A stretch of DNA of 64,000 nt from Parasphingorhabdus sp. (GCF_965233695.1 NZ_OZ247497.1:2495277-2559276), one strand, 5' to 3'. Counted from the first letter of the stretch, positions 29,775 to 41,091 are shown. A program made the numbers and translations. Notes: generated from the sequence alone by a model not told the origin.

Positions 29775-30947
29775 ATGCGTGAAGCAGTCGTCGTATCTTA
29801 TGCCCGTACCGGGCTCGCTAAAGCCGGACGGGGTGGGTTTAACATCACACCGCCGATGACGATGGCAGCACACGCCATCAAGCACGCCGTTGCCAAATCG
29901 GGCGTCGAGAGTGATTTTGTCGACGACAGCCTGATGGGCAATGTCGCCCACGCTGCGCCCAATATCGGTCGTAATGCCGCGCTTCTCGCTGGGCTGCCCA
30001 AGTCCACCGCTGGTGCCACGATCAACCGTTTCTGTTCGTCGGGCATGCAGGCCATCGCCATGGCGGCCAACCATATTCGCGGCGATGGCGCGGATTGCGT
30101 TGTAGCAGGCGGCGTGGAAAGCATTTCAATGCAAGGACAGCGCGCGCCGGAAGGCAGCATCGATAACGAAATTCTGAAAATTGCACCCGATATCTTCATG
30201 CCCATGATCGATACCGCGGATATCGTGGCGGAGCGTTATAATGTCAGCCGCGAATATCAGGACGAATATTCCCTGCAATCGCAGCAGCGTATGGCCAAGG
30301 CTCAGGAAGCCGGGCTTTTCGCCGATGAGATCGTACCGATGCAGACGAAGATGAAAGTCGTCGACAAGGAAACCAAGGAAGAGAGCATTGTCGACTACAC
30401 CGTTGATCGCGACGAGTGCAATCGCCCGACCACGACCCTGGAAGGTCTTGCGAAATTGCAGCCGGTCATGGGCGAAGGCAAATATATCACTGCCGGCAAT
30501 GCCAGTCAGTTGTCCGATGGTGCCGCTGCGGTTCTATTGATGGAAGCCAAAGAGGCCGAACGACGCGGGCTGGAACCGCTGGGCCGTTTTGTGTCCTGGG
30601 CCGTCGCCGGATGTGAACCGGATGAAATGGGCATTGGTCCGGTCTTTGCCGTGCCGAAGCTGCTCGAACGGCAAGGCCTGACCGTCGATGATATCGATAT
30701 CTGGGAACTCAACGAAGCCTTTGCGAGCCAGTGCCTGTACAGCCGCGATCGTCTGGGCATTGATCCGGAAAAATATAACGTCAACGGCGGCTCGATTTCG
30801 ATTGGCCACCCCTTTGGCATGACCGGGGCGCGCTGTGCCGGGCATTTGTTGCAGGAAGGCCGCCGTCGTGGCGCCAAATGGGGCGTCGTCACCATGTGTA
30901 TCGGTGGCGGGCAGGGCGGAGCAGGCCTGTTCGAAATCTACCCCTGA
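29775..30947 (+). CDS. Acetyl-CoA C-acyltransferase (thiolase)
   Basis: NRFCSSG, NEAFA, GHPFG and TMCIGGG catalytic motifs. Confidence 0.95.
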   Translation: MREAVVVSYARTGLAKAGRGGFNITPPMTMAAHAIKHAVAKSGVESDFVDDSLMGNVAHAAPNIGRNAALLAGLPKSTAGATINRFCSSGMQAIAMAANHIRGDGADCVVAGGVESISMQGQRAPEGSIDNEILKIAPDIFMPMIDTADIVAERYNVSREYQDEYSLQSQQRMAKAQEAGLFADEIVPMQTKMKVVDKETKEESIVDYTVDRDECNRPTTTLEGLAKLQPVMGEGKYITAGNASQLSDGAAAVLLMEAKEAERRGLEPLGRFVSWAVAGCEPDEMGIGPVFAVPKLLERQGLTVDDIDIWELNEAFASQCLYSRDRLGIDPEKYNVNGGSISIGHPFGMTGARCAGHLLQEGRRRGAKWGVVTMCIGGGQGGAGLFEIYP

Positions 30948-30988
30948 ACTTTCGAGACAATACGCATATTTAAGGAATAGAAGCAGTT

Positions 30989-31918
30989 TTGGATCAACTA
31001 ACGGACGAACAAGTCGAACGCCGGCTTTCGGAAGCTTTGGCCAATCGCGCCTCCGTGTCTGCGGAGAAGCTGATAGCCGGATTGCTCCGCACCTTTAATC
31101 TTGCGGCAGACGGTGAAGACGAATTTGTCTTTCCGGCGCTCAATTCATCGGCGCGGGAGCGGATTTTTGGTGGTCAGGTGATTGCGCAAGCCATTGTCGC
31201 AGCGGATCGTACGGTCGATGCCGAGAAGAATATTCACTCGCTCCATTCCTATTTTCTGCGCGCGGGAGATGAAACAAAGCCGCTGCATTTTCGGGTGCAT
31301 CGCGACTTTGACGGCCGCAGCATTTCCAATCGCAGGGTCGTCGTTCGGCAGAATGACAAGGTTATTTTCAACCTGACGGCCTCTTTCCAAAAAGCGGCTG
31401 ACGGGCTGCAACATCAGATATCCATGCCGGATGTCATGCCGCCCGACCAGTGCATGAGCGCGATGGAGCAAATTGCCCGTAACCCGCAGGTATCGGACAA
31501 GCATATCGAACGGATGAGCATGCCGCGACCCTTTGATGTGCGCAGCTTTCGCCCCGAAGGCAAAAGCCCGGACGCGCGCCAGTATCAATGGTTCAAGACC
31601 GTAGCCCCACTGCCGGATGATCCGTTGATCCATCGCGCCACTTTGGCCTTTGCGTCCGACATGGGATTGCTCTCCACGTCAATGATACCTCATGGCCTGC
31701 ACTGGACCACGCCGGGTCTATTTTCGACCAGTCTTGATCATGCGATGTGGTTCCATGATGACTTTAGAATGGATCAATGGATCTGCTATGTGATGGACAG
31801 CGATTGGACCGGCCACACGCGCGGCCTCAATCGCGGCGCCCTCTATACGCAGGATGGCAAGCTGGTGGCGTCAGCTGTTCAGGAAGGCTTGATCCGACTG
31901 ACGCCCCAAAAAAGCTAA
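30989..31918 (+). CDS. tesB: Acyl-CoA thioesterase II
   Basis: IFGGQVIAQA, HSLHSYFLRAGD, RDFDGRS, LAFASD, SLDHAMWFH, QEGLIR. Confidence 0.9.
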   Translation: MDQLTDEQVERRLSEALANRASVSAEKLIAGLLRTFNLAADGEDEFVFPALNSSARERIFGGQVIAQAIVAADRTVDAEKNIHSLHSYFLRAGDETKPLHFRVHRDFDGRSISNRRVVVRQNDKVIFNLTASFQKAADGLQHQISMPDVMPPDQCMSAMEQIARNPQVSDKHIERMSMPRPFDVRSFRPEGKSPDARQYQWFKTVAPLPDDPLIHRATLAFASDMGLLSTSMIPHGLHWTTPGLFSTSLDHAMWFHDDFRMDQWICYVMDSDWTGHTRGLNRGALYTQDGKLVASAVQEGLIRLTPQKS

Positions 31919-31921
31919 ACG

Positions 31922-33664
31922 CTAGAAAAGCGATTTCAGATCGCGTTTCAGTATCTTGCCATTGGCATTACGCGGCAGGCTGTCGGCACTGAACAGGACT
32001 TTGACCGGCACTTTGAAATTTGCGAGACGGGCCCGTACCCACTCCTGCAATTCCGCTTCCGTGGCCGTTTGCCCCTGAACCAGATGCACAATTGCCGCCG
32101 GTTCTTCACCCAGGGTCTTGTGCTCAATACCGACAAGAGCGGCATCCATTACCGCGGGATGATCATAGAGGACATTCTCAACCTCGGACGAATAGATATT
32201 CTCCCCGCCGCGGATGATCATGTCTTTGGCGCGGTCGACAACATAGCAAAAACCCTCGTCATCCAGTCGCGCCAGATCGCCGGTGCGGACCCAGCCATCG
32301 ACGAAGGTTTCGGCGGTTGCGTCTGGCCGGTTCCAATAGCCCTTCACCACCATCGGGCCGCGTGCCCAAAGCTCGCCCACTTCGCCGATCGGCATTTCGT
32401 GGGCGCCATCCTCGCTCATGACTTTCAGGTCGGCTGCGGCGACGGGCGGGCCGCAGCTTGTCGGGCGATTGAGATAATCCTCGGCGCTATGCGATGTCAC
32501 CGTCGCCATGGTTTCGGTCATGCCCCAGCCATTGCCGGGAAGCGCGCCAAAGACTTCGTAGATTTTGCGGGCCAATTCGGGCGCAGAAGGCGCGCCACCA
32601 TAGCTGATCGCATCGATGGAACTCAGATCATATTGATCCCGCTCGGGATGTTCGATCAACTGCCAGGCAATAAACGGCACACCGCCGGTGGCATTGACCT
32701 TTTCCCGTTCGATAATCTCCATCGCCTTGACGGTATCCCACTTGTGCAGGAAGACCATCTTATGCCCCCCTTGAACGGTCGGCATCATGATCGCGGAGCA
32801 AGCGGTACAGTGGAACATCGGTACAACGGTAAGGCCAACCCGAACGGTCGGTTCCGGAACCTCATGGCCCCGGCGCAAGGCTGCCGCAGCGCCTGAATAA
32901 CCGACCGAAATGGCATTGGTGGTCAGATTGCGATGGGACCCCAGCGCGCCCTTGGGCTGGCCGGTCGTGCCGCTGGTGTAAAAAATCGTCGCCGGATCAT
33001 CAGGCGCCAGCTCGACCGCCGGCAAGTCCTGATCGGGAAGGCTCCCATAATCATTGGGCTTCCCGATACTATCTTCCAGCGCGCGGGCGGGTTCTGCCAA
33101 GGCGCCTGAACTGCGCGCCACAATGACATGGTGCAAGTCAGGCAAGTCCGCCCTGTGCGGAGAAATCCGGTCCCATCGCTCGGCATCACATAACAACACG
33201 CTGGTGCCGGAATTTGCGAGGCCAAAAACCAGCTCCTGATCCGTCCACCACGCGTTGAGCGGCACGACGATCGCGCCGATAGAGGCCGCTGCGAAGAAGA
33301 TCACCGGCCATTCCGGCAAATTGCGCATGGCGAGCGAAACCCGGTCGCCCTTCGATACACCGATATTCTGAAGCTCCACCGCCAGAGCCGCCACGGCGCG
33401 ATACCAGTTGGCATAGGTGACACGCTCGTCGGCAAATATCAGAAATTCGCTGTCGCCATGACCGCGCGCATGTTCCGCCATCGCCGCGAGCGTGGGCAGA
33501 GCATTTTTCCAGACACGGGTCGATACGCCATCGATATCGACCATTTCCATTTCAAACGGCTGCCCCGGCGCGCATAATAATGCGTCCACATCTTTGCGTG
33601 ATCGTACGGGCCATCCAGCAGGCGGTGTCCACTTTTCCAGTGGATCTATTGCTTCAGCTGACAA
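31922..33664 (-). CDS. Long-chain fatty-acid--CoA ligase (class I adenylate-forming)
   Basis: YTSGTTGQPKG, GWGMTET, RTGDL, DMIIRGGEN. Confidence 0.92.
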   Translation of the reverse strand: MSAEAIDPLEKWTPPAGWPVRSRKDVDALLCAPGQPFEMEMVDIDGVSTRVWKNALPTLAAMAEHARGHGDSEFLIFADERVTYANWYRAVAALAVELQNIGVSKGDRVSLAMRNLPEWPVIFFAAASIGAIVVPLNAWWTDQELVFGLANSGTSVLLCDAERWDRISPHRADLPDLHHVIVARSSGALAEPARALEDSIGKPNDYGSLPDQDLPAVELAPDDPATIFYTSGTTGQPKGALGSHRNLTTNAISVGYSGAAAALRRGHEVPEPTVRVGLTVVPMFHCTACSAIMMPTVQGGHKMVFLHKWDTVKAMEIIEREKVNATGGVPFIAWQLIEHPERDQYDLSSIDAISYGGAPSAPELARKIYEVFGALPGNGWGMTETMATVTSHSAEDYLNRPTSCGPPVAAADLKVMSEDGAHEMPIGEVGELWARGPMVVKGYWNRPDATAETFVDGWVRTGDLARLDDEGFCYVVDRAKDMIIRGGENIYSSEVENVLYDHPAVMDAALVGIEHKTLGEEPAAIVHLVQGQTATEAELQEWVRARLANFKVPVKVLFSADSLPRNANGKILKRDLKSLF

Positions 33665-33694
33665 ATTTTTCTCTCCTAATTGATGTTCGCGAAC

Positions 33695-35731
33695 CTATCC
33701 GTTGAACGTGCCGCCTGCAGCTGCCTTTTCCTGCAGCAGGTCTGCGACCGGTAGATTATGTTTTTTCAGGCCGGCGACAATATTGTCGAGCCCGACGGTG
33801 TCGGCCCAGAACATCGGACCGCCGGTATAAAGCGGCCAGCCATAGCCGTTGATCCAGACGACATCGATATCGCTCGCGCGCTGTGCCATGCCTTCTTCGA
33901 GGATTTTTGCCCCTTCGTTGACCATCGGATAGAGAAGCCGCTCGCGAATTTCATCTTTCGAAATGTCGCGCTGCTCCTTGCCGGCTTTGGCGGCGAATTC
34001 AGCGATAATCTGTTTCACTTCATCAGAGGGCGTGCGTTGCCGCGCTTCATCATAATCATAAAAGCCCTTGCCGACTTTCTGTCCCCAGCGACCAACAGCG
34101 CATAAAGCATCGCGCAATGTTTCGATGCGTTCGGGATCGCGATGCCATCCGATATCGACACCGGCCAGATCGGACATTTGGAACGGCCCCATCGGGAAAC
34201 CGAATTCCAGCAAGACGTCATCGACTTCCCAATAATTGGCGCCTTCCATGATCATCTGATTGGCTTGCTCCTGACGCGGGCTGAGCATCCGGTTGCCGAT
34301 AAAGCCGGGGCAAACGCCAGAGACGGCTGCGACCTTGCCGATCTTCTTCGACAGCTTCATCGCCGTCATCAGCACGTCATCGGCGGTCTTTTCACCGCGC
34401 ACGATTTCGAGCAATTTCATGACATTGGCCGGGGAGAAAAAGTGCAGGCCGAGCACATATTCCGGCCGCTTGGTGACTGCTGCAATCTCGTCAATATTCA
34501 GATAGCTGGTGTTACTGGCTAGGATCGCGCCCTGTTTCACGATGCCGTCGAGCTTGGCAAAGACTTCCTTTTTGACATCCATATTTTCAAATACCGCCTC
34601 GATCACCAGATCGCAGTCGGCCAGATCATCATAGGACAGGCTGGGCGTCAAAATGCTCATCGCGCCCTCGACTTGCTCTTCGGTCATCCGGCCGCGCTTG
34701 GCGGTATTCTCGTAATTTTTGCGGATCACATTGACGCCGCGGTCCAGCGCTTCTTCTTTCAGTTCGACAATGGTCACCGGGATGCCAGCCGACAGAAAGT
34801 TCATGCCAATGCCGCCGCCCATGGTGCCGGCCCCCAAAATGCCGACTTTCTTGATCGGGATCAGCTCGATTTTGGGATCAATGCCGTCAATCTTGTTCGC
34901 CGCGCGTTCGGCGAAGAAATAGTGGCGCATGGCGGCCGACTGGGTACCGGTCATCAGCTTTGTGAACAATTCCCGTTCTTTCGCGACGCCGTCTGCATAG
35001 GATAGTTCGCCTGCGGCTTTCACCGCCTGAATGCCGGCTTCGGGCGCATCAAAGCCACGGATTTTGCGGCCGTTTTTCTGACGGAACTCGTCAAATATGG
35101 CCGGGTTTTTGATGCCATCTTCATTGGCCGTGCCTTCGGACGAGCGTGGTGGCTCCTTGCCGATTTGTTCGCGCGCAAAGGCTATCGCATCCTCGGCGAG
35201 ACTATCCTCACCAACCAGCTTGTCGACCAGGCCAATGGAGTGCGCCTTTTTCGCGGAGATCGGATTGCCAATCACCACCATCGGCAATGCCGCCTCTGCG
35301 CCAACGACGCGCGGCAGGCGCTGGGTTCCGGCGGCACCGGGAATGAGGCCCAGCTTCACTTCGGGCAAGCCCATTTTAGCCGATGGTACCGCAACCCGGT
35401 AATGGCAGGCCAAGGCAACTTCACAGCCGCCGCCAAGCGCCGTCCCGTGGATCGCGGCAACAACCGGCTTGCTGCTGGCCTCCAACCGGTCAATGGCCTC
35501 ACCCAGATTGGGCCCCTGCATCGGTTTGCCAAATTCGGTAATATCTGCGCCGGCAAAGAAGGTACGCCCATCGCAGCGGATGACCACTGCCTCAACCGTA
35601 TCGTCAGACAGCGCCTCTTCTATGCCATCGACAAGTCCCTGGCGAACAGCCGCGCCAAGCGCGTTAACCGGTGGGTTGTTCGAGACGATGACCAAAATAT
35701 TATCATGTTTTTCAGTGGTAACGACAGACAT
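33695..35731 (-). CDS. Enoyl-CoA hydratase / 3-hydroxyacyl-CoA dehydrogenase multifunctional protein
   Basis: [49 protein letters not shown]; RBS AGGAG before ATG 35731. Confidence 0.94.
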   Translation of the reverse strand: MSVVTTEKHDNILVIVSNNPPVNALGAAVRQGLVDGIEEALSDDTVEAVVIRCDGRTFFAGADITEFGKPMQGPNLGEAIDRLEASSKPVVAAIHGTALGGGCEVALACHYRVAVPSAKMGLPEVKLGLIPGAAGTQRLPRVVGAEAALPMVVIGNPISAKKAHSIGLVDKLVGEDSLAEDAIAFAREQIGKEPPRSSEGTANEDGIKNPAIFDEFRQKNGRKIRGFDAPEAGIQAVKAAGELSYADGVAKERELFTKLMTGTQSAAMRHYFFAERAANKIDGIDPKIELIPIKKVGILGAGTMGGGIGMNFLSAGIPVTIVELKEEALDRGVNVIRKNYENTAKRGRMTEEQVEGAMSILTPSLSYDDLADCDLVIEAVFENMDVKKEVFAKLDGIVKQGAILASNTSYLNIDEIAAVTKRPEYVLGLHFFSPANVMKLLEIVRGEKTADDVLMTAMKLSKKIGKVAAVSGVCPGFIGNRMLSPRQEQANQMIMEGANYWEVDDVLLEFGFPMGPFQMSDLAGVDIGWHRDPERIETLRDALCAVGRWGQKVGKGFYDYDEARQRTPSDEVKQIIAEFAAKAGKEQRDISKDEIRERLLYPMVNEGAKILEEGMAQRASDIDVVWINGYGWPLYTGGPMFWADTVGLDNIVAGLKKHNLPVADLLQEKAAAGGTFNG

Positions 35732-36070
35732 TTTCTTCTCCTGCAAGATCATGCTTGGGCGGCAAGGAGATGCGGCGTGCATGAAGACCAGGCCCGGATA
35801 ACGAGCAAGCGAATGGGCTATCACAAACAATTGCGATTGGAAATCAGGCTTGTGAAGTTCTTGGAATTGATAATGCTGTCGCTGACCTCATTTGGAATGA
35901 TGAGATCACATTGATCCATCCGAAGTGCAGCTGGCTGCCTTGTTTTCTGTTTATAAGTTGCGATCAAACTTCTCTATGCGCACATCGCATCAATCCCACA
36001 TAACATGCAGGATGTGCGTCGTTTGTCACTTCTCTTAAGTTCTGAACGCAACGATTCTTGCCATGTCAAA

Positions 36071-36089
36071 CTATCCGATAGGCGGATAG
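36071..36089. promoter_or_regulatory. Palindromic operator candidate, site 1
   Basis: CTATCCG-ATAGG-CGGATAG, a perfect 7-5-7 palindrome upstream of the TonB receptor. Confidence 0.65.
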
Positions 36090-36217
36090 GGATTTAATTG
36101 AAGCAACATTCCGTGAAAATTTGAGCAAGTTTGAAGACGGTTCGGGAGCAACCGTCAAGATAGGCGCGTTGAAAATATAGCTTTTCCAAAAGGTTCAGAT
36201 TTCACGGAGGAAAAATA

Positions 36218-38557
36218 ATGCGCGTTCAAAAAGCGAGTCTAATAGCCCTTGCAGTAGCAAGCGGATTTGTAGTTCCAAGCGTTGCGGTTGCCCAAACATC
36301 TGAGGCTGCCGAAGCAGATGATGGCAATATCATTGTCGTAACAGCGCGTAATCGTGCTGAGAATATTCAGGAAGTGCCTCTCGCCATCACAGCGTTTGAC
36401 GCAGAAGACATATCCCGCCAGGCGATTCAGGAACTGGATGATGTTGCGCGCTTTACGCCAGGTTTCAGCTTTGAGGATTTCTCCGGCGGTATCGGCACAC
36501 CGGTTATTCGCGGACAGGCCCAAACACGCGTCACCGCTCTGGAATCGAATGTTTCAACCTTTTTGGACGGCATTTACATACCGCGCGCCTGGGCTGTGGA
36601 CCTCGGTACAACAAGTCTTCAGCGTATTGAGATCGTCAAGGGACCGCAAAGCGCGCGTTATGGACGCAACGCTTTTGCCGGCGCAATCAACTATATTCCA
36701 AGGAAAGCCGAGATTACGGGAGAGATTTCCGGCGAGATCGAGGGCACAATTGGGTCTGACGAGCGCTATGATATTGGCGGTTTTCTAAACTTCTCGGTCA
36801 ATGAATGGTTCGCCATTGCAGGTTCTTACGAATATTCATCGTTTGACGGCTCTTGGGAAAATGACCACCCGTTCGCCGACAGCCTGGACTTGGATCGCGG
36901 TACATCTGGCAATGTCGGTGGTCGGGACAATCAAGCCATTTCGGTTTCCGCAGCGTTCAAACCGTTGGACGGAGTACGCCTGGAAGCGTCCTACAATCAT
37001 TTTAACAGAAAAGAAGAAGCCCGCGCGAACCGCTATCTGGCGGAAGTTCTGGGTGATTTCAATTGTGGTTCCAATCGCAGCATTTTTGGCGTGGGCCCGA
37101 ATCCTGCGCTGATTTGCGGCGACTTGCCTGCACCGGGAGATTCAGTCATCGTCGACCCGCGGGCCTATGGTGTCCACTCAAAAACCGGCTTTTTCCGGGC
37201 CAATCTGGAAATTGACGTTTCTGATGCGCTGACATTCAGCTATTTGTTCGGCAACGTAAACGGCGATGTTGATATTGCGGTCAGCGGCGAACCGGAACCC
37301 ATCAATTGCGGAACGCTGGTTGCCGGGCGGTGTAATTTCCAGAATACACCGGTTGGCAGCATGGATTATGATTCCCATGAGGTACGGCTCAATTTTGACA
37401 ATTCGGGTCAGTTTCGTGGAGCAATCGGGATCTATTATTCCGATGGTACGGACATCACGACATTTACGAGCAACAATCTAAATCCGATTGTCAGTGCCGA
37501 TGATCCTTTTCCGGGCGATCCATTCGCCTTTCTTTTGGGAGACACCACCACCGACACCGAAATCAAATCGATTTTTGGTGAAATTCATTGGACATCGGCA
37601 AGTGGCGTGCTGCGCTTGGGCGCAGAAGGACGATATTCCGAGACCGAGATTACAGCAACGGACAATCGCAGAGCTTTAATATTGGGTGATACGTTTAAAG
37701 ATTTCGCGCCGCGCTTTACGGCCGAATATGATCTCAGTGATGAGAGTCTTCTTTTTGCCACGGTCGCAAAAGGGTCAAAGGCCGGTGGCTTCAACCCCAC
37801 AGCAATCGCTCCGGAGAACCAGGTTTTTGACAAAGAGACCAACTGGACCTTTGAAATTGGTTCCAAAAATACGTTTCTGGGCGGTGATCTTCGTCTCAAC
37901 GGATCGATATATTACACGGATTGGCGGGATGTGGTGATCAATTCTCCCGATCCGGATGCGACTGACCCGAATGCCACCGCAATTGCCCAAAATCTTGGTG
38001 GTGCGTCTATCTATGGTATCGAGCTTGATGCCTTTTATCAGATCACCGATAACCTGAGCATTGACGCGACTTTCTCGCATTCTGAAGCAACCTATGATGA
38101 TGGTACTATCGATCAGCGCTTTGCGCGGACACGTGGTACGCCGGGTACGCCCTTTTTCATCTCCGCACCTTGTGATGATGTGGTGTGTAACTCCAATGGC
38201 GATGTTGGCGGCAATGATATTGAACGTACGCCACCGACCCAGGCATCCTTTGGTATCCAGTGGGAGGGAGAAATCGGTTCCGGAGATAGCAATTATTATC
38301 TGCGGACGGATTTCAGCTATCAAAGCGACTTTTTCGCATCGACGGCCAATGTCGGGACAATTCCGGACCGCTTTCTGGTCAATGGCAGTGCAGGCGTTAC
38401 CTTCGGAAACTTTTCTGTAAATGCCTGGATACGCAATGCTTTTGACAAAAAATATGTGTCCAATGCTTTCGTTGTGGTTCTGCCCTTCGGTACCACCTAT
38501 GGTGAATTTTTCGGTGAGCGGCGCACATTTGGCCTGACAGGCAAAGTTAATTTCTAA
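36218..38557 (+). CDS. TonB-dependent receptor
   Basis: RBS GGAGG; signal peptide; VTARNRAENIQEVP, IVKGPQSARYGRNA; terminal Phe. Confidence 0.93.
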   Translation: MRVQKASLIALAVASGFVVPSVAVAQTSEAAEADDGNIIVVTARNRAENIQEVPLAITAFDAEDISRQAIQELDDVARFTPGFSFEDFSGGIGTPVIRGQAQTRVTALESNVSTFLDGIYIPRAWAVDLGTTSLQRIEIVKGPQSARYGRNAFAGAINYIPRKAEITGEISGEIEGTIGSDERYDIGGFLNFSVNEWFAIAGSYEYSSFDGSWENDHPFADSLDLDRGTSGNVGGRDNQAISVSAAFKPLDGVRLEASYNHFNRKEEARANRYLAEVLGDFNCGSNRSIFGVGPNPALICGDLPAPGDSVIVDPRAYGVHSKTGFFRANLEIDVSDALTFSYLFGNVNGDVDIAVSGEPEPINCGTLVAGRCNFQNTPVGSMDYDSHEVRLNFDNSGQFRGAIGIYYSDGTDITTFTSNNLNPIVSADDPFPGDPFAFLLGDTTTDTEIKSIFGEIHWTSASGVLRLGAEGRYSETEITATDNRRALILGDTFKDFAPRFTAEYDLSDESLLFATVAKGSKAGGFNPTAIAPENQVFDKETNWTFEIGSKNTFLGGDLRLNGSIYYTDWRDVVINSPDPDATDPNATAIAQNLGGASIYGIELDAFYQITDNLSIDATFSHSEATYDDGTIDQRFARTRGTPGTPFFISAPCDDVVCNSNGDVGGNDIERTPPTQASFGIQWEGEIGSGDSNYYLRTDFSYQSDFFASTANVGTIPDRFLVNGSAGVTFGNFSVNAWIRNAFDKKYVSNAFVVVLPFGTTYGEFFGERRTFGLTGKVNF

Positions 38558-38592
38558 TCGCTTGTGTCACAAAGCCTTTGGCTTCGTCACGC

Positions 38593-38626
38593 ATTGCCGG
38601 GCACCTTGGGGGAGGTGTCCGGCAAT
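38593..38626. terminator. Hairpin between convergent genes
   Basis: ATTGCCGGGCACCT / AGGTGTCCGGCAAT stem with one G-U pair. Confidence 0.7.
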
Positions 38627-38658
38627 TTGATTCTGATTTCTTGTTTCCGCGATTGTGC

Positions 38659-40998
38659 TCAACCCAAAAATAACTCAGCCGCTGCATCGATAATCGCGTT
38701 CTCGTCTATCCGGTAGGCATTGTAGAGATCAGGCAAGTCTCCGGTCTGGCCAAAGCGATCGGTGCCGAGAGGACTGACCTTCATGCCTCGCACAGCACCC
38801 AGCCAGGACAGGGCTGAAGGAGAGCCATCCAGAACCGTGATCAAGCCTGCATCCGGTGACAATTCGTCCAGCATTAGCTTGGCATGACAGGCCTCTTTAT
38901 CTTTGCCTTGCCAGCGCGCGGCACATTGGTCTGACCATCCGCGATGGAGCAGGTCGGGTGATGTCACGTTGAGCAATCCCAGCCCGGGGATATCCGTGAC
39001 CAGACTGTCATAAGCCTGCAGCACTTCCGGCGCTATCGCTCCGGTAAAGGCAATGGCTGCCTCCGCGCCTTTGGTGGGTCTGCGTAACCAATAGGCACCC
39101 TTGAGTGCGTCCGCTTCCCAGCTGTCATTGTCACGCTCTATTTGCGCGATCGATCGTGTGCTGAGGCGCAAATAAACGGAACTGCCGTCTTCGCGCTGCA
39201 TATGATCAAAGGCCCAGCGCATCATCAACGCCACTTCGTCAGCCCAGACCGGCTCGAAATAGACCAGGCCAGGTTGCCCCATCCCGATCAATGGTGTGTT
39301 GATCGATTGATGGGCGCCGCCCTCCGGCCCTAGTGTCAGGCCGGACGGTGTCCCGACCAGCAGAAAACGCGCGTCCTGATAACAGCCATAGTTTAGCGCA
39401 TCGAGGCCGCGGGCGATGAAGGGATCATAGACCGTCCCCACCGGCAGTAAACGCGTTCCGAAATGCGGGGCCGTCAGTCCCATCGACGTGAGCATCAGGA
39501 AGAAATTATTCTCCGCTATGCCCAATTCGATATGCTGACCTGCGCCATGCGCGGACCATTTTTGCGCGGAAGGAATTTTGGCTTGTTGGAAAACATCGGC
39601 TACTTCCTGACGCCGAAAAAGACCGCGCTGGTTCACAAAGGCACCGAGATTGGTTGTCTGGGTAACGTCGGGAGCCGTCGTAACGATCCGGTCGCCGATT
39701 TCTTCTCCCGATTTTGCAAGATCCAGAAGAACTTTGCCAAACGCAGCCTGGGTGGATTGTTCCGCACCCGCTGGTACTTCGAACCGATCCGGGACGACGA
39801 CCGGAGCGGCCTTTGGCTCCGGTTTCTGCCTTGCAAGCGCGCTTTTTTCGACGAAAGCTTTCAGTTGTGCTGCCGCATTGTCGCCCAGTCCGCCATAGGC
39901 TTCCCACTCAGCGCCTTGCTCGATTCCCAGGCTGTTGCGATAACCCTCCATCTGCGTCGGGTTCATCATGCCGGAATGATTGTCTTTGTGACCCGCCAAG
40001 GGCAGGCCAAAGCCCTTCACGGTATAGGCAATGAACAGTGTTGGTCGCTCATCATCACAGGCATCAAATGCATCCGACAGCGTTTCGACACAGTGACCGC
40101 CGAGATTGGTCATCAGATCGGCAAGTGCATCATCATCGAAACCGGCGAGCAGCTTTTTCACATTGGGCTTGCCGCCGATATCGTCAATCAGCCGCTTGCG
40201 CCATGCTTCGCCACCTTGATAGGTCAGCGCGGCAAAATCCGCATTGGGACAATTGTCTATCCATTGTTCGAGTGTCTTGCCGCCGGGTTTCTTGAATGCC
40301 GCCTGTTGCCGCTTGCCGTATTTCAAGGTGACCACGCGCCAGCCGCAGGTTTCGAAAATGTCATCAAACCGGCGGAACATGCGGTCTGCGGTCGTGCTGT
40401 CCAGCGACTGCCGGTTGTAATCCACAACCCACCAGCAATTGCGGATATCATGCTTGTAGGCCTCGATCAGGCACTCATAGATATTGCCTTCGTCCAGCTC
40501 GGCATCACCCATCAGGGCGATCATCCGGCCGGCATCGCTTTCTTCCATTTGCCCATGGGCGATCAGATAATCTTGCATCAAACTGGAAAAAGCGGTCACC
40601 GCCACACCAAGGCCGACCGACCCGGTGGAAAAATCGACCGGGATGGTGTCTTTGGTCCGCGACGGGTAGCTTTGCACACCGCCGAGGCCGCGAAAGCGTT
40701 CCAGCTTTTCCTGACTCTGATTGCCGAGCAGATAGTGGATGGCATGGAGCACAGGGCCAGCATGGGGCTTGACCGCGACTTTGTCCTGCGGTCGCAACGC
40801 ATGAAAATATAGCGCCGCCATGATCGCGGTTATCGAGGAACAGCTCGCCTGATGACCGCCGACTTTCAGCCCGTCACGCTTTTCCCGGATGTGATTGGCA
40901 TTGTGCACCGTCCATGACGACAGCCACCGCAACCGTGATTCCAGCAGTTCCAGCATCTGCATTTCATTTGATATCTTACTGTTCGTTTTTGTGGTCAT
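38659..40998 (-). CDS. AceE-like / transketolase-like ThDP-dependent 2-oxoacid dehydrogenase E1
   Basis: KVGGHQAS, STGSVGLG, ThDP motif GDAELDEG, ELGIAENN, EGGAHQS. Confidence 0.85.
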   Translation of the reverse strand: MTTKTNSKISNEMQMLELLESRLRWLSSWTVHNANHIREKRDGLKVGGHQASCSSITAIMAALYFHALRPQDKVAVKPHAGPVLHAIHYLLGNQSQEKLERFRGLGGVQSYPSRTKDTIPVDFSTGSVGLGVAVTAFSSLMQDYLIAHGQMEESDAGRMIALMGDAELDEGNIYECLIEAYKHDIRNCWWVVDYNRQSLDSTTADRMFRRFDDIFETCGWRVVTLKYGKRQQAAFKKPGGKTLEQWIDNCPNADFAALTYQGGEAWRKRLIDDIGGKPNVKKLLAGFDDDALADLMTNLGGHCVETLSDAFDACDDERPTLFIAYTVKGFGLPLAGHKDNHSGMMNPTQMEGYRNSLGIEQGAEWEAYGGLGDNAAAQLKAFVEKSALARQKPEPKAAPVVVPDRFEVPAGAEQSTQAAFGKVLLDLAKSGEEIGDRIVTTAPDVTQTTNLGAFVNQRGLFRRQEVADVFQQAKIPSAQKWSAHGAGQHIELGIAENNFFLMLTSMGLTAPHFGTRLLPVGTVYDPFIARGLDALNYGCYQDARFLLVGTPSGLTLGPEGGAHQSINTPLIGMGQPGLVYFEPVWADEVALMMRWAFDHMQREDGSSVYLRLSTRSIAQIERDNDSWEADALKGAYWLRRPTKGAEAAIAFTGAIAPEVLQAYDSLVTDIPGLGLLNVTSPDLLHRGWSDQCAARWQGKDKEACHAKLMLDELSPDAGLITVLDGSPSALSWLGAVRGMKVSPLGTDRFGQTGDLPDLYNAYRIDENAIIDAAAELFLG

Positions 40999-41074
40999 GA
41001 TCTCGGCGTTCCAGATGAGTTGCAACTACACATAGACATCATGGTCTTTATGCACCAGCTTAGGAATTGCACCC

Positions 41075-41091
41075 TGTCCATCTGATGGACA
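41075..41091. promoter_or_regulatory. Palindromic operator candidate, site 2
   Basis: TGTCCATC-T-GATGGACA, a perfect palindrome in the divergent E1/ALDH intergenic region. Confidence 0.6.

Noticed and set aside
39463-40812. Long antisense ORFs (449 aa here; also 32069-32896, 35165-35914, 54218-55018, 55516-56214, 19787-20380)
   Set aside because: They lie opposite well-supported genes and have no recognisable motifs; typical shadow ORFs in GC-rich coding DNA.
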